Positions 38,508 to 51,672 of a stretch of 64,000 nucleotides of DNA are shown piece by piece (positions within the stretch are counted from its first letter, which is position 1; the number at the start of each line of letters is the position of its first letter). The stretch is taken from the NCBI RefSeq assembly GCF_964204645.1, contig NC_134033.1:826131-890130 (forward strand). The letters run 5' to 3'. This DNA is from Tubulanus polymorphus. Lineage: Eukaryota > Animalia > Nemertea. The notes under the pieces were generated by a model. The model did no database searches. It was not told where the DNA came from and saw only the letters and a list, made by a program, of their open reading frames with translations. The translations under genes and the position numbers were made by a program.

Positions 38508-40793
38508 CTAGTCGACTTTCACGACGCTGTATATTTTGCTGACGAACCAGAAACACGCGAAAAATCCGATCGTTCCTGAAGAAATGAGAGAAATTCCGTT
38601 AAAATTCTGAACGTCGGTTACGTTTCGGTTAAATTCGAAAATTCTAACTCGGCGACGACGTTTTTTTTTTTTACCTGTCAACAGGAAGAAACAGAACACC
38701 ATAATCAACGTGTATCCGAAATAAAGGAATGTACTCGCGGCGCCCTCTATCTCGAGTTTCGCGACGAAATAGTGGATGCAATAAACGAACAGGTAGAACG
38801 CGGTGAAACCGCTCGTCAGAAACGAACGCCACCACCAGTGATAATCCTGCAAAAATAAAATCAAATATTAAATATAGCCGCAAAGCAGCGATAACGGGTT
38901 TTCTGCTTTATTGATATAATCCTTCAAATGAAATATAGTGGCAAAGCACAGAATGGCCAGTTTCCAGTCTTTTACAAATCCCTTTTTCCCTGATTTTTCC
39001 ATGTTTATTACACAAAATTCCCCGAGAGTGAATCGGAGAAATTTCTAGGTTTGAAATGTAACAATCTATTCATTTTTCATTGAATCCCGTACGTGGCCAA
39101 TAGCATTATCCGAAATCCTGGAGTTTTACAGGTTTTTGGTGAAATTTATCAATTTCCAGGAGTTTTCCCAGATTTTTTTGTTTCCTGGGTTTTCGAGGTC
39201 AGTGGCGCCACCCTGAAGCAGCAATAATAGGTTTACTATTCAATAGATATCGCTGAAATATTCAATGGTGAAAGATACAATAGAATCAGATTGTAGAGAT
39301 CCCCGTGGTGGCGAAATATCTTAATGAAGTTTTCGCAGTCCGAAGTTTTTTTTTTTTAGAAGGCAAATGACACTCACCTCGGCGCAAAGATGGAAATAGC
39401 AAAGTAAAATGGTCGCTTCTGAACAGGTTATAATTAAAATGATGAAAACTAGAAACAGAAATCCGAACATGTAGTACATCTGATGTGACCTGAAAAACAT
39501 TTTAAAAAAACGCAAAAATGTCTTAGATATTTTTTTATCCAAACTCATCGAGAACAATTAAGACCCAAGTTCTCCTTTCGAAGATAGCAGTGAATTTTCG
39601 CAAGGAATTTCAAAGACTTAAACAACTTAACCCTTTCAATGCTGACTAATCAATACCCTTTAGTGCTAGAGTTAATTTGAAAATTTTTAAAAAATTCCAC
39701 CCTAGTGTGTTAAATAACGGGAATACCACTATAGTGCGTCTACACCGCGGCGCGGTGTATCGTTAGTTACCAGTATTTCACTATGTTTGACAGGTGCTGC
39801 CATTTTTCAAGAGAGATAATCAATGATTACATCAATACACCGCAGTGCAGTGTACTAGTAAAATCCATCACTGATTTATACACTGATTTATGTAGACGCA
39901 CTGAAAGGGTTAAAACATTATTGCCCTGATTCGTGACTGGATAAATGTATTTTTTTTGCGATTCCGACTGAAAAAGCAACTTAATTTTTAAGAAACTTTT
40001 CTTAAGAAACTTTTTGAAAGACCCAAACCAATAAACAAATACAGTCGACCACGCTGCACATAGATTAGGCTCAGTTACTCTTAAGCTACTAAGAAAAACA
40101 TGGTTTTAATGTCACTCGTGCGTCGGATGACTTTTAGTTATTTTCGGAAAACCGGGACCCGAGATTTTGAGACGCTTACCATATACTATTGAGAATGAAG
40201 AATAGCTGAATGAAGATACAGCCAAACGGTAAAACTCCTCCCATCAGTATCCCTGGTAACGGTTTAGTGTAAAACGATTGGTCGGGAATCTGTCGCGGAA
40301 TCTGATTCGTTCTCACCGGATGTTCCACTTGCTGCAAATCAACATACATTTACATACATTTACATACATTAACATACATTAACATAGATTTACATAAATC
40401 AGGCATCGAAATTATTCACAGAAGCCGAAAATCGTAATTTCGAATCGCGAATAGCGCTCACCCGTCTCTTGAAACCGAAATACGCGCCGACGAACGTGAG
40501 CGGTACCGACACGCCGAACCACAACGCCAACAGCGCCACCAGCGTACCGAACGGTATCGCCGCCGAGCTACTCTTCGCCCACAATATCAAATTCATGATG
40601 AAAAAGTCGACGAATACGAGACTGAAAAAACGTAACGAGAAAATTTCATTCGGCGATTATTCCTCGCGTTAAAACGAACGTTTTCGATTCGTAAATTCGA
40701 TGAAGTTTATTATTTACCCCGGACAAAAGAAAGCCGTTAATATCACATTACTTTTCCACTTCTCACCTCCAAACACTACAAATACATATACAA

Positions 40794-40868
<75 letters not shown>

Positions 40869-41199
40869 TTATCATTATTATTTTTATTATTATTATTATT
40901 AGCTTTATTATCTTCATATGTAATTATCACTTAGTTTAGTTTATTATTTTTTCAGGGCAATCCCCCTTTCAGGCCCAGCCCCTAGGGCTTGGGGTTGTCC
41001 TTCTTATTTATGTACCTATTTATCTATAAAATTATATCCAAAGAAATTATGTCTAATTATCTTGGACGTATTATAAGTAAATAAATAATTCATTCATTCA
41101 TTCATTCATTCATTCATTCATTCATTCATTCATTCATTCATTCATTCATTCATTCATTCATTCATTCATTCATGCATTCATTCATTCATTCATGCATTC

Positions 41200-41250
<51 letters not shown>

Positions 41251-44200
41251 GTACACATCGAAATCCCGAGACTGGGTGTTCTCTGGAACAAATTCCCCCT
41301 ATGACATCATTATTGACTTACTCTTATAGACGCGTGCTGATATATATCCAGCTGGAGTTCCTAGACACACATACAGAACAATAACGCAAGTCATCAGAGC
41401 GCCGCGATTGTTCGGAGATAAAAATCCGAAACACGCAAAACCTACAAAAACAACAAATCATAGATAAACATCGACGTAAAATTGACACATCAGCAGTTGA
41501 TACAATCAGAGGCGGCAGACGCTCAAAAAATGGTTAGATTTAACCGGTGGATAGTTGACATAGTCCGAAAACAGGTTCAAAAGATGAGTTATCATCCCGT
41601 ACACAGCCCCCATCTTAGGTAAAATCAACACATCTGCGGTTAATACAATCAGAGGCAGACGCTCAAAAAATGGTTAGAGTTAACCAGTGGATAGTTGACA
41701 TAGTCCGAAAACAGGTTCAAAAGATGAGTTAGCATCCCGTACACAGCCCCCATCTTAGGTAAAATCAACACATCTGCGGTTAATACAATCAGAGGCAGAC
41801 GCTCAAAAAATGGTTAGAGTTAACCAGTGGATAGTTGACATAGTCCGAAAAGAGGTTCAAAAGATGAGTTAGCATCCCGTACACAGCCCCCATCTTACGT
41901 AAAATTAACACGAACCAATCAGAGGCAGCAGACGCTCTTAAGTTGGTTAGAGCAAATAGTTAACACAGTGACAATTATAAGTTCATCGTTACTACGGTTT
42001 TTAATATATACCGGTTATTATCGACCAACTGGCCTCAGGAAGGATTATAACCTCATACTTAAAGACAATTTTAAAATTCATAAATTCTGAACTCCGCTGT
42101 ATACGGCATTAAAAAAGGGGATTGAAATATTTCGAGACATTTTTCGGTTTTTTTTTAAGATAACAATATCTAATAAATACAATAGATTAGGCGAATACAA
42201 AATTTAAATTCTAAATCGATACTAAAATCGTAGATATTTTACCTAATGTGATGAACGTCATGCAGAGTATTTGAACTCCGCTGCCGAGCAAAACCGACAA
42301 CATCATTCCTTTACGCGGGGGCCGGAAAACATCTCCGTGAACGAGTTTCCATCCGAATTCCTCCTGAGCGTCCTCCTGTAACCGCGGGAAACGAGACAAC
42401 AGAGAGAGAGTTAGAATGATTGATACTGAGACGGCAGCATTTCTACAGATCACTCATTCCTGGATGTAAGAAGGAGTCTTCGAGGAGTTATATATAAAAA
42501 AGAAAATTTAAGGAATGCCCACAATCACTTTCATATCCTAATCACTGTAGACACCTCCTAAATCCGTGTACACGGCCTATTTCGGTAAACCTATATTCTG
42601 TAAGCTAATTTCAATCCTTAACACAACCTAAATTTGGTAACCGATTGATAACAAATAGATCCTGCTTAGAACTGTATGGAGTTAGTCTAATGCACTTCTT
42701 TCTGCAGAATCTGATTGCTGCCTATTTCTCAAAATTGAAGGTGTTTCTAGTGTCATTTCGTTAAAACCTAAGGAGTTGTAGATAGTAGCTAGTTTGGCCG
42801 CAGGGCGGGGAATTGTAGGGAGTAGCTAGTTTGGCCGCAGGGCGGGGAATTGTAGGGAGTAGCTAGTTTGGCCGCAGGGCGGGGAATTGTAGGGAGTAGC
42901 TAGTTTGGCCGCAGGGCGGGGAATTGTAGGGAGTAGCTAGTTTGGCCGCAGGGCGGGGAATTGTAGGGAGTAGCTAGTTTGGCCGCAGGGCGGGGAATTG
43001 TAGGGAGTAGCTAGTTTGGCCGCAGGGCGGGGAATTGTAGGGAGTAGCTAGTTTGGCCGCAGGGCGGGGAATTGTAGGGAGTAGCTAGTTTGGCCGCAGG
43101 GCGGGGAATTGTAGGGAGTAGCTAGTTTGGCCGCAGGGCGGGGAATTGTAGGGAGTAGCTAGTTTGGCCGCAGGGCGGGGAATTGTAGGGAGTAGCTAGT
43201 TTGGCCGCAGGGCGGGGAATTGTAGGGAGTAGCTAGTTTGGCCGCAGGGCGGGGAATTGTAGGGAGTAGCTAGTTTGGCCGCAGGGCGGGGAATTGTAGA
43301 GAGTAGCTAGTTTGGCCGCAGGGCGGGGAATTGTAGAGAGTAGCTAGTTTGGCCGCAGGGCGGGGAATTGTAGAGAGTAGCTAGTTTGGCCGCAGGGCGG
43401 GGAATTGTAGGGAGTAGCTAGTTTGGCCGCAGGGCGGGGAATTGTAGGGAGTAGCTAGTTTGGCCGCAGGGCGGGGAATTGTAGGGAGTAGCTAGTTTGG
43501 CCGCAGGGCGGGGAATTGTAGGGAGTAGCTAGTTTGGCCGCAGGGCGGGGAATTGTAGAGAGTAGCTAGTTTGGCCGCAGGGCGGGGAATTGTAGAGAGT
43601 AGCTAGTTTGGCCGCAGGGCGGGGAATTGTAGAGAGTAGCTAGTTTGGCCGCAGGGCGGGGAATTGTAGGGAGTAGCTAGTTTGGCCGCAGGGCGGGGAA
43701 TTGTAGGGAGTAGCTAGTTTGGCCGCAGGGCGGGGAATTGTAGGGAGTAGCTAGTTTGGCCGTAGGGCGGGGAATTGTAGGGAGTAGCTAGTTTGGCCGC
43801 AGGGCGGGGAATTGTAGGGAGTAGCTAGTTTGGCCGCAGGGCGGGGAATTGTAGAGAGCAGCTAGTTTGGCCGCAGGGCGGGGAATTGTAGGGAGTAGCT
43901 AGTTTGGCCGCAGGGCGGGGAATGCGGTTCGTACTTACAGCATTATCCATCTGATTGTATCTAGCGATATCTTTATGTAACGTCCTCAGCAGAATCATAG
44001 CGACCATACCGGACAGGAACAACACGATCACTAACGAGTTCATTATACTACAAAACAATTAATATTCAAATCGTTAATTTCTCTGATCAGTCATTTCCGG
44101 ATATATCTGCGTCATTTTCATATCCTTCCTAAATCGGTACGGGTTATCTCGGTAAACATTTTATTCGATGGTTTTGTAATCAAAGTTTCGTTCTTAAGAC

Positions 44201-47200
44201 TAACTAAACTCTGTTTCTAATTTGGTAACCACCTGATTGGGTAAAAACAAATCCCAACTGGTACGATAACCACACTCAAACGTGGTGAACAGATGATAAG
44301 AGAAAAACCCACTATTTAAAAATTCAAAGAAATCTAAAATCGAGAATTTATCAATTGAAACAATCTAAAATATAAAAAGTTTCTGGCATTTTGCTCAAAT
44401 TGAGAGTTTCAAGCCCCTCATAGGACGTATGATATCATAGGACTTGTAAGGACCCTGTTAGTTAAAGCGACTGACCTGAACCACTGGATGTTTGTATGAG
44501 GCATCGATTCCAGAATGTAATCCCATCTCGACGACCATTTTATATTCGTCTCCTACGAACAACAAACAAAACCGTTAAAATTCGAATTCGTTTTAAATAG
44601 ATGGATTTCACAAGTATTTCAACTACTGGAACCGGGTTTTAAATCACGAATAAAACCACATGCCAGTCCGAAACTAGAACAGTTAAACCGTGTCCTGGTT
44701 TGTTCCTAGGACCAGTACAACAGTCAGGACTTAGCTTTAAGACCGATCTAAGATCATCCAGGACTATAGCCACATTCTCTGACAACTTTCTAAGACCAGT
44801 GGACTAAACACAGCGAAACTATGCTATGTGCTTTGGATAAAGATTTTTTGGTCTAAAATCAGACTTACAGTAAAAGAGACTGAGTAAGTGTATTTGATTT
44901 TCTCATTCTTCGAGAATTTAGAGTCTATAGCCATCGGAGCGGTTCCAGCATTACATCCTTCAGGACCTTCTTTAGTGTGTTTGATACTGAAATCATCAAC
45001 AAAATCACTATTAGTTACATGTTAGTTCAGATTCCCAGTCACTGCAGAGGACTTTTCAAGGAGAAAATTTCAAATTCCGAGGAGTGTATGCATCACTTTC
45101 ATATCTCAATCACAGTACCACCCCCCCCCCCTAGTTTGGTCAGGTTTATCTCAGTAAACCGTTAAATCATTGTAATCTGTACGTATAAGGCCTATGACTG
45201 CTAACTAGGCCTAAAACCTTAAAATTTTCTAATGGCCAATTTCTCAAAATTAGAGGAGTTTCAAGGACTTCCGGGCATTTTGCTCAAATTCAAGGATATT
45301 CAAGGACGTTGAAAATCATTTTTGGTTTAGAAGAGTTTTCAAGGAATCAAGTAGTCGTAGGGAGCCTGTAGTTGTATGTGGAACTGTATAATGAATCAGT
45401 ACGTACCTTTTTGGTTCCAGTTTAGCCGATATTAAACGTCCACTTTTACCGGACGGCGACGCCCATTCTTGACCGGTACTCGGATGATATCCGATCACTA
45501 TATTCACGTGGTTAAACACGTAATACGTATCGGCTTTACTGAAATCAGACTGAAAATAAAAAACAATATAGAATCATTTAAAGGGTAAACATTGTCTGCC
45601 GACCACATTCTGGGTTCTAGAGATTGTCTGCCGACCACATTCTGGGTTCTAGCTGTCAGTTTAGACCTTGACTCTTCTTTGACTGTTGAAAATGAACTAT
45701 CTTAAAATAGGTTTTAACTTTTAACTCCACAAGTGAGTTCCACAGTACAGACTGAACCCAGTTCCACAGTTCAGACTGAACCCAGTTCCACAGTTCAGAC
45801 TGAACCCAGTTCCACAGTTCGGACTGAACCCAGTTCCACAGCTGAGAATGAACCCAGTTCCACAGTTCAGACTGAACCCAATTCGACAGCTGAGACTGAA
45901 CTCAGTTCCACAGTTCAGACTGAACCCAGTTCGACAGCTGAGACTGAACTCAGTTCCACAGTTCAGACTGAACTCAGTTCCTCAGTTCAGACTGAACTCA
46001 GTTCCACAGTTCAGACTGAACTCAGTTCCACAGTTCGGACTGAACCCAGTTCCAAAGCTGAGACTGAACTCAGTTCCTCAGTTCACACTGAACCCAGTTC
46101 CACAGTTCACACTGAACCCAGTTCCTCAGTTATACTTACACTAGTGACGCACGCATCTTTTGCTTTGCCATCTTTAGTTACGAAGCAACCCATCGGAAAT
46201 CCGGGTGAACAGTATTTCTGATTACCTTCGACATCGTAACACCAGGTTACAGGCATGTTATCTATAATCCTACAAAAACAACAACAACAGATCAGTCATT
46301 CCTAGATATAAGTTTTAACAGGGTCCTTACAGATCGGTCATTCCTAGATATAAGTTTTAACAAGGTCCTTACAGATCGGTCATTCCTAGATATAAGTTTT
46401 AACAAGGTCCTTACAGATCGGTCATTCCAAGATATAAGTTTTAACAAGGTCCTTACAGATCGGTCATTCCTAGATATAAGTTTTAACAAGGTCCTTACAG
46501 ATCGGTCATTCCTAGATATAAGTTTTAACAAGGTCCTTACAGATCGGTCATTCCTAGATATAATTTTTAAGGGCATCCGAACAGATCAGTCATTCCTGGA
46601 TTTAAGGAGTTTTTTAAAGGAGCAAATTTCAAATTTCTACATAACATTCATATCTCGATTACAATAGACTCCTCCTCAAAATCAGTACGGTTTATCTCTC
46701 CATTGGATGTAAACCATTAAAGAATTCAAGGAAATTGAAAAACATTTTTGGTTAAGAAGGAGTTTTTAAGGAATCTAGGACCCTGTAAAGGAGAAAATTG
46801 ACAATTTCAAGGAAGCGTCTGCATCACTTTCATATACTATTCCTAATTACAGTAGACTCCTCCTAAATCGGTAATGTTTATTTCAGTAAACCATTTAATT
46901 CAGTGGTATTGGTATAGGGGTTAGGGTTAGGGGACTAACTCGATAAACCACAGTGATATTTACCAGTGATGTTGATAATTCATCAATATTCCCTTTTTAA
47001 TAAAAGCGAGCGACGTCGCTGATTTCGCGTCTCCTATTTTATACTCCTTCGTGCACAGCGTTTTACATTTCTCCGCTTTCAAAAACTCGATCTAGAAAAA
47101 ATCGAACAAAAATCGGTTAAACAGGTCTAGAAAACCGCGTCTTACCCGGACAAGGTTTCCAGCGGTGAGGCCAGGGTAAAAAGAAGTACTAAGACGGACT

Positions 47201-49293
47201 TTTTCGGCAATTTTAACCCCAAAAGGAGGGACTTTTTTGCTCGGAAAGAAGTAATTTCCAGTATAATGAGGGCCCATAAGGGTGCATTGCTTTTGCCGGA
47301 ATACTAGTCATGTAGACCAGTCATACATGTCAGGGTAATTCCATAGCACTTTCCTGTAGATTCAATCTTACTGATAATTGAATTACCAGGTCTGAGTAAT
47401 AAAATACTTCAACGGTCGAATACGCGTCAAAATTGCGCGCGAAAATACATAAAAATTAAATTTGGAAGGACTTTTTTATCAAAAGCAAGGAAATAGAGTA
47501 AAAAAGATGACGTTTGTCCAAACTTTTTCCAAAACGACAACGAAGCACTTGGTGAACCGCAGAGAGACGCACTCAAAACCGGCGCCCTTGGACCAGTACC
47601 CGCACCCCCCCCTGCCCCGGAGCTCGCTGATTATCATTTACCTGGTAAGGTGACGATTGAATTCTCTCTCCGAACACGACTTGACCCAAATTCTCAACGG
47701 GAGTCTGAATCGTTTCACTCGTACAAAAATCAAACCTGACCAAAAAAAAAAAAACAAAAACATTCAACATGCGACGATCATCGAAGGGATTAATCTAGAA
47801 CAGGGTGGCGCCACTTTCCGGTCATTCACAAACACCCAGGGCCCGGTTTTATAGACTAGTATTAACTTTAACCCGGGGGCTAGAACTCGATTCATTTTCA
47901 AATGAGTTAACCCCCGGGTTAAAGATGATACCAGTCTATAAAACCGGCCCTAGTTTTCCAGGTTTCCAGTTAAATCAGTCAAATACTTGAGTTTCCCCAA
48001 ATCTTTTCCTAGAATTTTCTAATTTGCTGAGTTTTGCAGGTCAGCAGCCACGGGAGGGGGGGGGGGGTTAATAAGAAGAACAATGTCTCGAGGGAGGAAC
48101 AGGGAAGGGGAACAGTGTCAATCCGTCAATCAGTCGTAAGTCTAATGTAAACAGCTGGCGTCTCTGATTTATGAAGTAACATTGATTTCAAAACCGTATT
48201 TGAAGCTGTAATTCGAGCGACACATGTCGACCGGGGGCGAGTGAGTAGTGTGCGTGTGACATGTTGAAATCAATCAATATGACTATGTACTGTTACTGGC
48301 TAGAAGGTAACACTGACACCTTTCTGATTCCATCGACACATCACTGAAGTCAGCTCTATTTCTAAATACCGAACAAGGCTAAAACCACAATTCTCCTCAA
48401 ATCAAATTTGTCATTACAGTCAAAGCTTGTATCCCCTCACTTGACCCTGGGATACCCACTCCCCGGGGGTACTCACTTCTCGGGGGGTACTCACTCGTTT
48501 GAAATGACATCCCTCACTCCCTGGGGTTCTCACACTGTAATGGCATTCCCTCACTCCCTAGGGGTACTCGCTCCCCGGGGGGTACTCACTAATTTGTAAT
48601 GGCATCCCCTCATTCCCCGGGGGGTACCCACTCCCCAGGGGTACTGACTTGTTAGTGATGGCATCCCCTCACTCCCCAGGGGTACTCACTTGTTATATTC
48701 ATATGGTATTATTGATTCCACTGAATCCAATCTATTCACGAATAACTTGATTTCAGACTGAAAAATAAAACGACGAAGACTTTCAGATGTTTATCCAAGG
48801 GCAATAACAACAGTCCGACGGAATGAAGGAGGGCTCCAAAGCAAAGGAAGGCTCCACACATACTTAAAATAGCCATTTCGTTACACGTGGCAACTAAACC
48901 CAACATGTCCAAACCCTCCTGTCTGTCTTAACTTAAACTTGTCTTGGACTTAATAAGATTTGGTTTGACGACTCCAAGCAGCAGAGTGGAGGGCTCCACT
49001 TACGACTTACTGCTTTCGCTATTCCTATTCATCCAGGTTCAACCCCCCTTCTTCACCGTGAAACCCATGAGAATCATAAACCCCAGTCCCTCCCTCCCTC
49101 CTCCTCCACTTTAAGGAAAGCAATAAGTCTGAACACGTACTTTGCAGTTATTCTTGTTGGAGCCAGACGCGACGGCCGTCGCAACTTCTTTAGCGCAGTA
49201 ATTCACAGGAGCCAGCCCCGGTAAATAGAATCCGTTTACTGCAGCAGCTCCCAGCATTAACCAACAACTCAAAGCTGCGATCAAACGATTCAT
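38508..49293 (-). CDS. TM9SF2: Transmembrane 9 superfamily member 2 (nonaspanin), 17 exons (49293-49141, 48757-48690, 47735-47642, 47091-46964, 46269-46140, 45549-45407, 44986-44869, 44552-44476, 44047-43939, 42375-42243, 41441-41322, 40775-40718, 40621-40462, 40331-40180, 39489-39378, 38846-38675, 38575-38508)
   Basis: [109 protein letters not shown]-terminal KIYSVVKVD. Confidence 0.96.
39631..39909. mobile_element. piggyBac-type MITE with TTAA TSD
   Basis: TTAA|CCCTTTCA ... TGAAAGGG|TTAA, with internal TACACCGC.G.GCGGTGTA palindromes. Confidence 0.88.
40793..40900. repeat. (TTA)n microsatellite
   Basis: Directly visible. Confidence 0.95.
40954..41250 (+). repeat. Probable LINE/SINE 3' end (GC hairpin, AATAAA) followed by (TTCA)n/(TCAA)n microsatellite
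   Basis: gggcaatccc...ggggttgtcc hairpin, then aataaataa and a tetranucleotide tail, as seen in CR1/L2-type 3' ends. Confidence 0.55.
41495..41950. repeat. About 140-bp tandem repeat, about 3 copies
   Basis: atacaatcagaggcagacgctcaaaaaatggttag recurs at about 41500, 41643 and 41783. Confidence 0.9.
42784..43923. repeat. 37-bp G-rich minisatellite, about 31 copies
   Basis: Unit agtagctagtttggccgcagggcggggaattgtaggg. Confidence 0.97.
45733..46131. repeat. 24-bp minisatellite derived from the MITE terminus
   Basis: Unit gaacccagttccacagttcagact; explains the [11 protein letters not shown]. Confidence 0.93.
46288..46600. repeat. 42-bp tandem repeat, about 7 copies
   Basis: Unit cagatcggtcattcctagatataagttttaacaaggtcctta. 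Confidence 0.95.
47841..47950. mobile_element. Palindromic Harbinger-like MITE (family C) inserted in a CAGGGTGGC-ended element
   Basis: GGCCCGGTTTTATAGACT ... AGTCTATAAAACCGGCCC; a relative is at 28394-28509. Confidence 0.65.
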
Positions 49294-49790
49294 AACTCCG
49301 TTCGATCAACCGTTAATCTCCTAAAATAGTCAGCGATAAATTCCGCAAAATCTGCGCCGGTGACAACCTGAAAACAAGATGGCCGACACGTCATCCGTGT
49401 GCATTCTGGGAGCGTTTAGTAATCAATTTTGGAAAAAAATTGAAATTTTGCTTTCGTTGAAATATTCTACGGTCGATTAAAAGATAGAATCTGATTCTAA
49501 ACCCGAAAAAGCGGGTCTTAGCGGGTCTTAAATCCGATAGTAGATCGGGTTAGTTCGAATCCCACCAAAACCATTTATTTATTTTGTTAGTCCTATATTT
49601 TATTCAGTCTAATTAATACGAACCAATTGAGATTTTTACGAACAAAGCATATTTTTATTCCGTTCCAATAAAATAATCGAGTGTGGTTTATAGGTCGTGC
49701 GCTGTGATGTCGTAATACCTCAAAATGGCGGACAATTGAAAACTTTTGAACTCAAACGGTACTTTTTGGATTATTTCACAACGTTGTAAG
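49294..49790. promoter_or_regulatory. Bidirectional promoter TM9SF2 / Grl-like gene
   Basis: YY1-type CAAGATGGCCG (49375) and CAAAATGGCGG (49721), ZNF143/SBS-like GCATTCTGGGA (49401), B-box GTTCGAATCCC (49553), and a + strand donor GTAAGT at about 49786 for a non-coding first exon. Confidence 0.65.
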
Positions 49791-50159
49791 TAACAAATTG
49801 ATTTCTAACGGTGGTTTGATTTAACTTCGAACTTCATAGTAAATGTTGAATTCGGTAGAATTGGATGACATTGCTCGAATTGAACGTATTTTTGGCAGTA
49901 AAACTTGAATCGAGGTCGGCCCCCTCCCCCACCCATCGCGACAGACAGTCTCCTCCTCGCGCACGTATCGTTTTTGACTGATATTTATTGTGGATGCAGA
50001 AGCTTCATTTTTTCTAACCTGGAAGGTATATCCTAGATATGGTTTTTAAATGATCTAAGTTTCAGTCTATTCTATATTGCCAGGTTTTAACTCTACACTT
50101 GATCAGCACTGGTCAGCTGGGACAGTAGTATGCAGCAGATTGACCAAATGATTCATTTG

Positions 50160-50842
50160 CTAACCCTAACCCTAGCTTCTGATTGGTCAGAGCTGGTCAC
50201 CTGGTATAAACAAACAGACCAGAGGCTTAACCCTAACCCTAGCTTCTGAGTGGTCAGAGCTGGTCATCTGGTATAAACAAACAAACCAGATGCTTCATGC
50301 TTAACCCTAACCCTAGCTTCTGATTGGTCAGATCAGGTCACCTGGGATGCAATTTGACCACTAACCCTAACCCTAGCTTGTGATTGGTCAGAGCTGGTCA
50401 TCTGGTATGCAAATCGACCACAAGCTTAACCCTAACCCTAGCTACTGATTGGTCAGAGCTGGTCATCTGGTATGCAGATTGACCACTAACCCTAACCCTA
50501 GCTTGTGATTGGTCAGAGCTGGTCATCTGGTATGCAAATCGACCACATGCTTAACCCTAACCCTAGCTACTGATTGGTCAGAGCTGGTCATCTGGTATGC
50601 AGATTGACCACTAACCCTAACCCTAGCTTGTGATTGGTCAGAGCTGGTCATCTGGTATGCAGATTGACCACATGCTTAACCCTAACCCTAGCTTCTGATT
50701 GGTCAGAGCTGGTCATCTGGCATGCAAATTAACCACTAACCCTAACCCTAGCTTGTGATTGGTCAGAGCTGGTCACCTGATATGCAGATGGCTACTAACT
50801 CTAGCTTCTGATTGGTTAGAGCTGGTCATCTGGTATAAACAG
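50160..50842. repeat. About 60-bp tandem repeat containing TAACCCTAACCC and CTGATTGGTCAG
   Basis: About 11 units, each with two telomere-type hexamers plus a CCAAT-containing palindrome. Confidence 0.9.
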
Positions 50843-51258
50843 TGTAGCATGGTCACCTACAATACAATTCCAATGTTTCATCTCCATATCACACCTACAA
50901 TACAATTCCAATGTTTCATCTCCATATCACAGTATATACCATCAGATACTCTATTTGATTAAAAACCTTAGAAGGTTCATATTTCAGGTCCCCTTTCAGA
51001 TTATCTACAATTATTGTACAACTGATATGGTATCTGAACTCGGGTATTTTCAAATCGCCCAGTTTCACATTTGAACACATACCAAAACATATAATATGCT
51101 ACATCTAAATCTTGTGACTGAAATCATTGTTATTCATGTATTATGAATAATGTGGTGTCATCAAACATAAATCTTTACAAGTTTCACATGTATCACGTGA
51201 ATTATGAGGAAAATGAGATAAAGTCCATGAGACACATAAAGCACCGCCCGGGTGGTAC

Positions 51259-51352
51259 GTAACAAGAAGAAATATCTGTCCTTCCTGAGGTACAAACTCT
51301 CGATGCCTGGCGTCCAAGGCAGACGATCTACCGCTGAGCTAAAGAGTATATT
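51259..51352 (-). mobile_element. tRNA-derived SINE-like head
   Basis: Minus strand TAGCTCAGCGGTAGA (A box) ... GAGAGTTTGTACCTC (degenerate B box/T arm). The cloverleaf is imperfect, so it is not called a tRNA gene. Confidence 0.5.
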
Positions 51353-51519
51353 CCCATTAGCTGAGCTAGTAGGAACCCGGTCGTACAACCTGCCACAGGT
51401 ATATGCGTGTATTACATGTACTATGATTACCACTATTATACCATTTATTTTCTACATAACACCTAATGATACCTAATATACATGTCAATGAATGTATGGT
51501 TTTAAAAAAGCATGGTTTT

Positions 51520-51672
<153 letters not shown>

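Noticed and set aside
45733-46221. Mucin-like [11 protein letters not shown]
   Set aside because: A 24-bp minisatellite in a TM9SF2 intron, antisense and overlapping a real exon.
50160-50842. Telomere or chromosome-fusion site
   Set aside because: Only hexamer pairs embedded in a longer unit; no pure or head-to-head (TTAGGG)n tract.
51259-51352. Functional tRNA gene
   Set aside because: The B box/T loop is degenerate and the acceptor stem is poor; better explained as SINE-derived.
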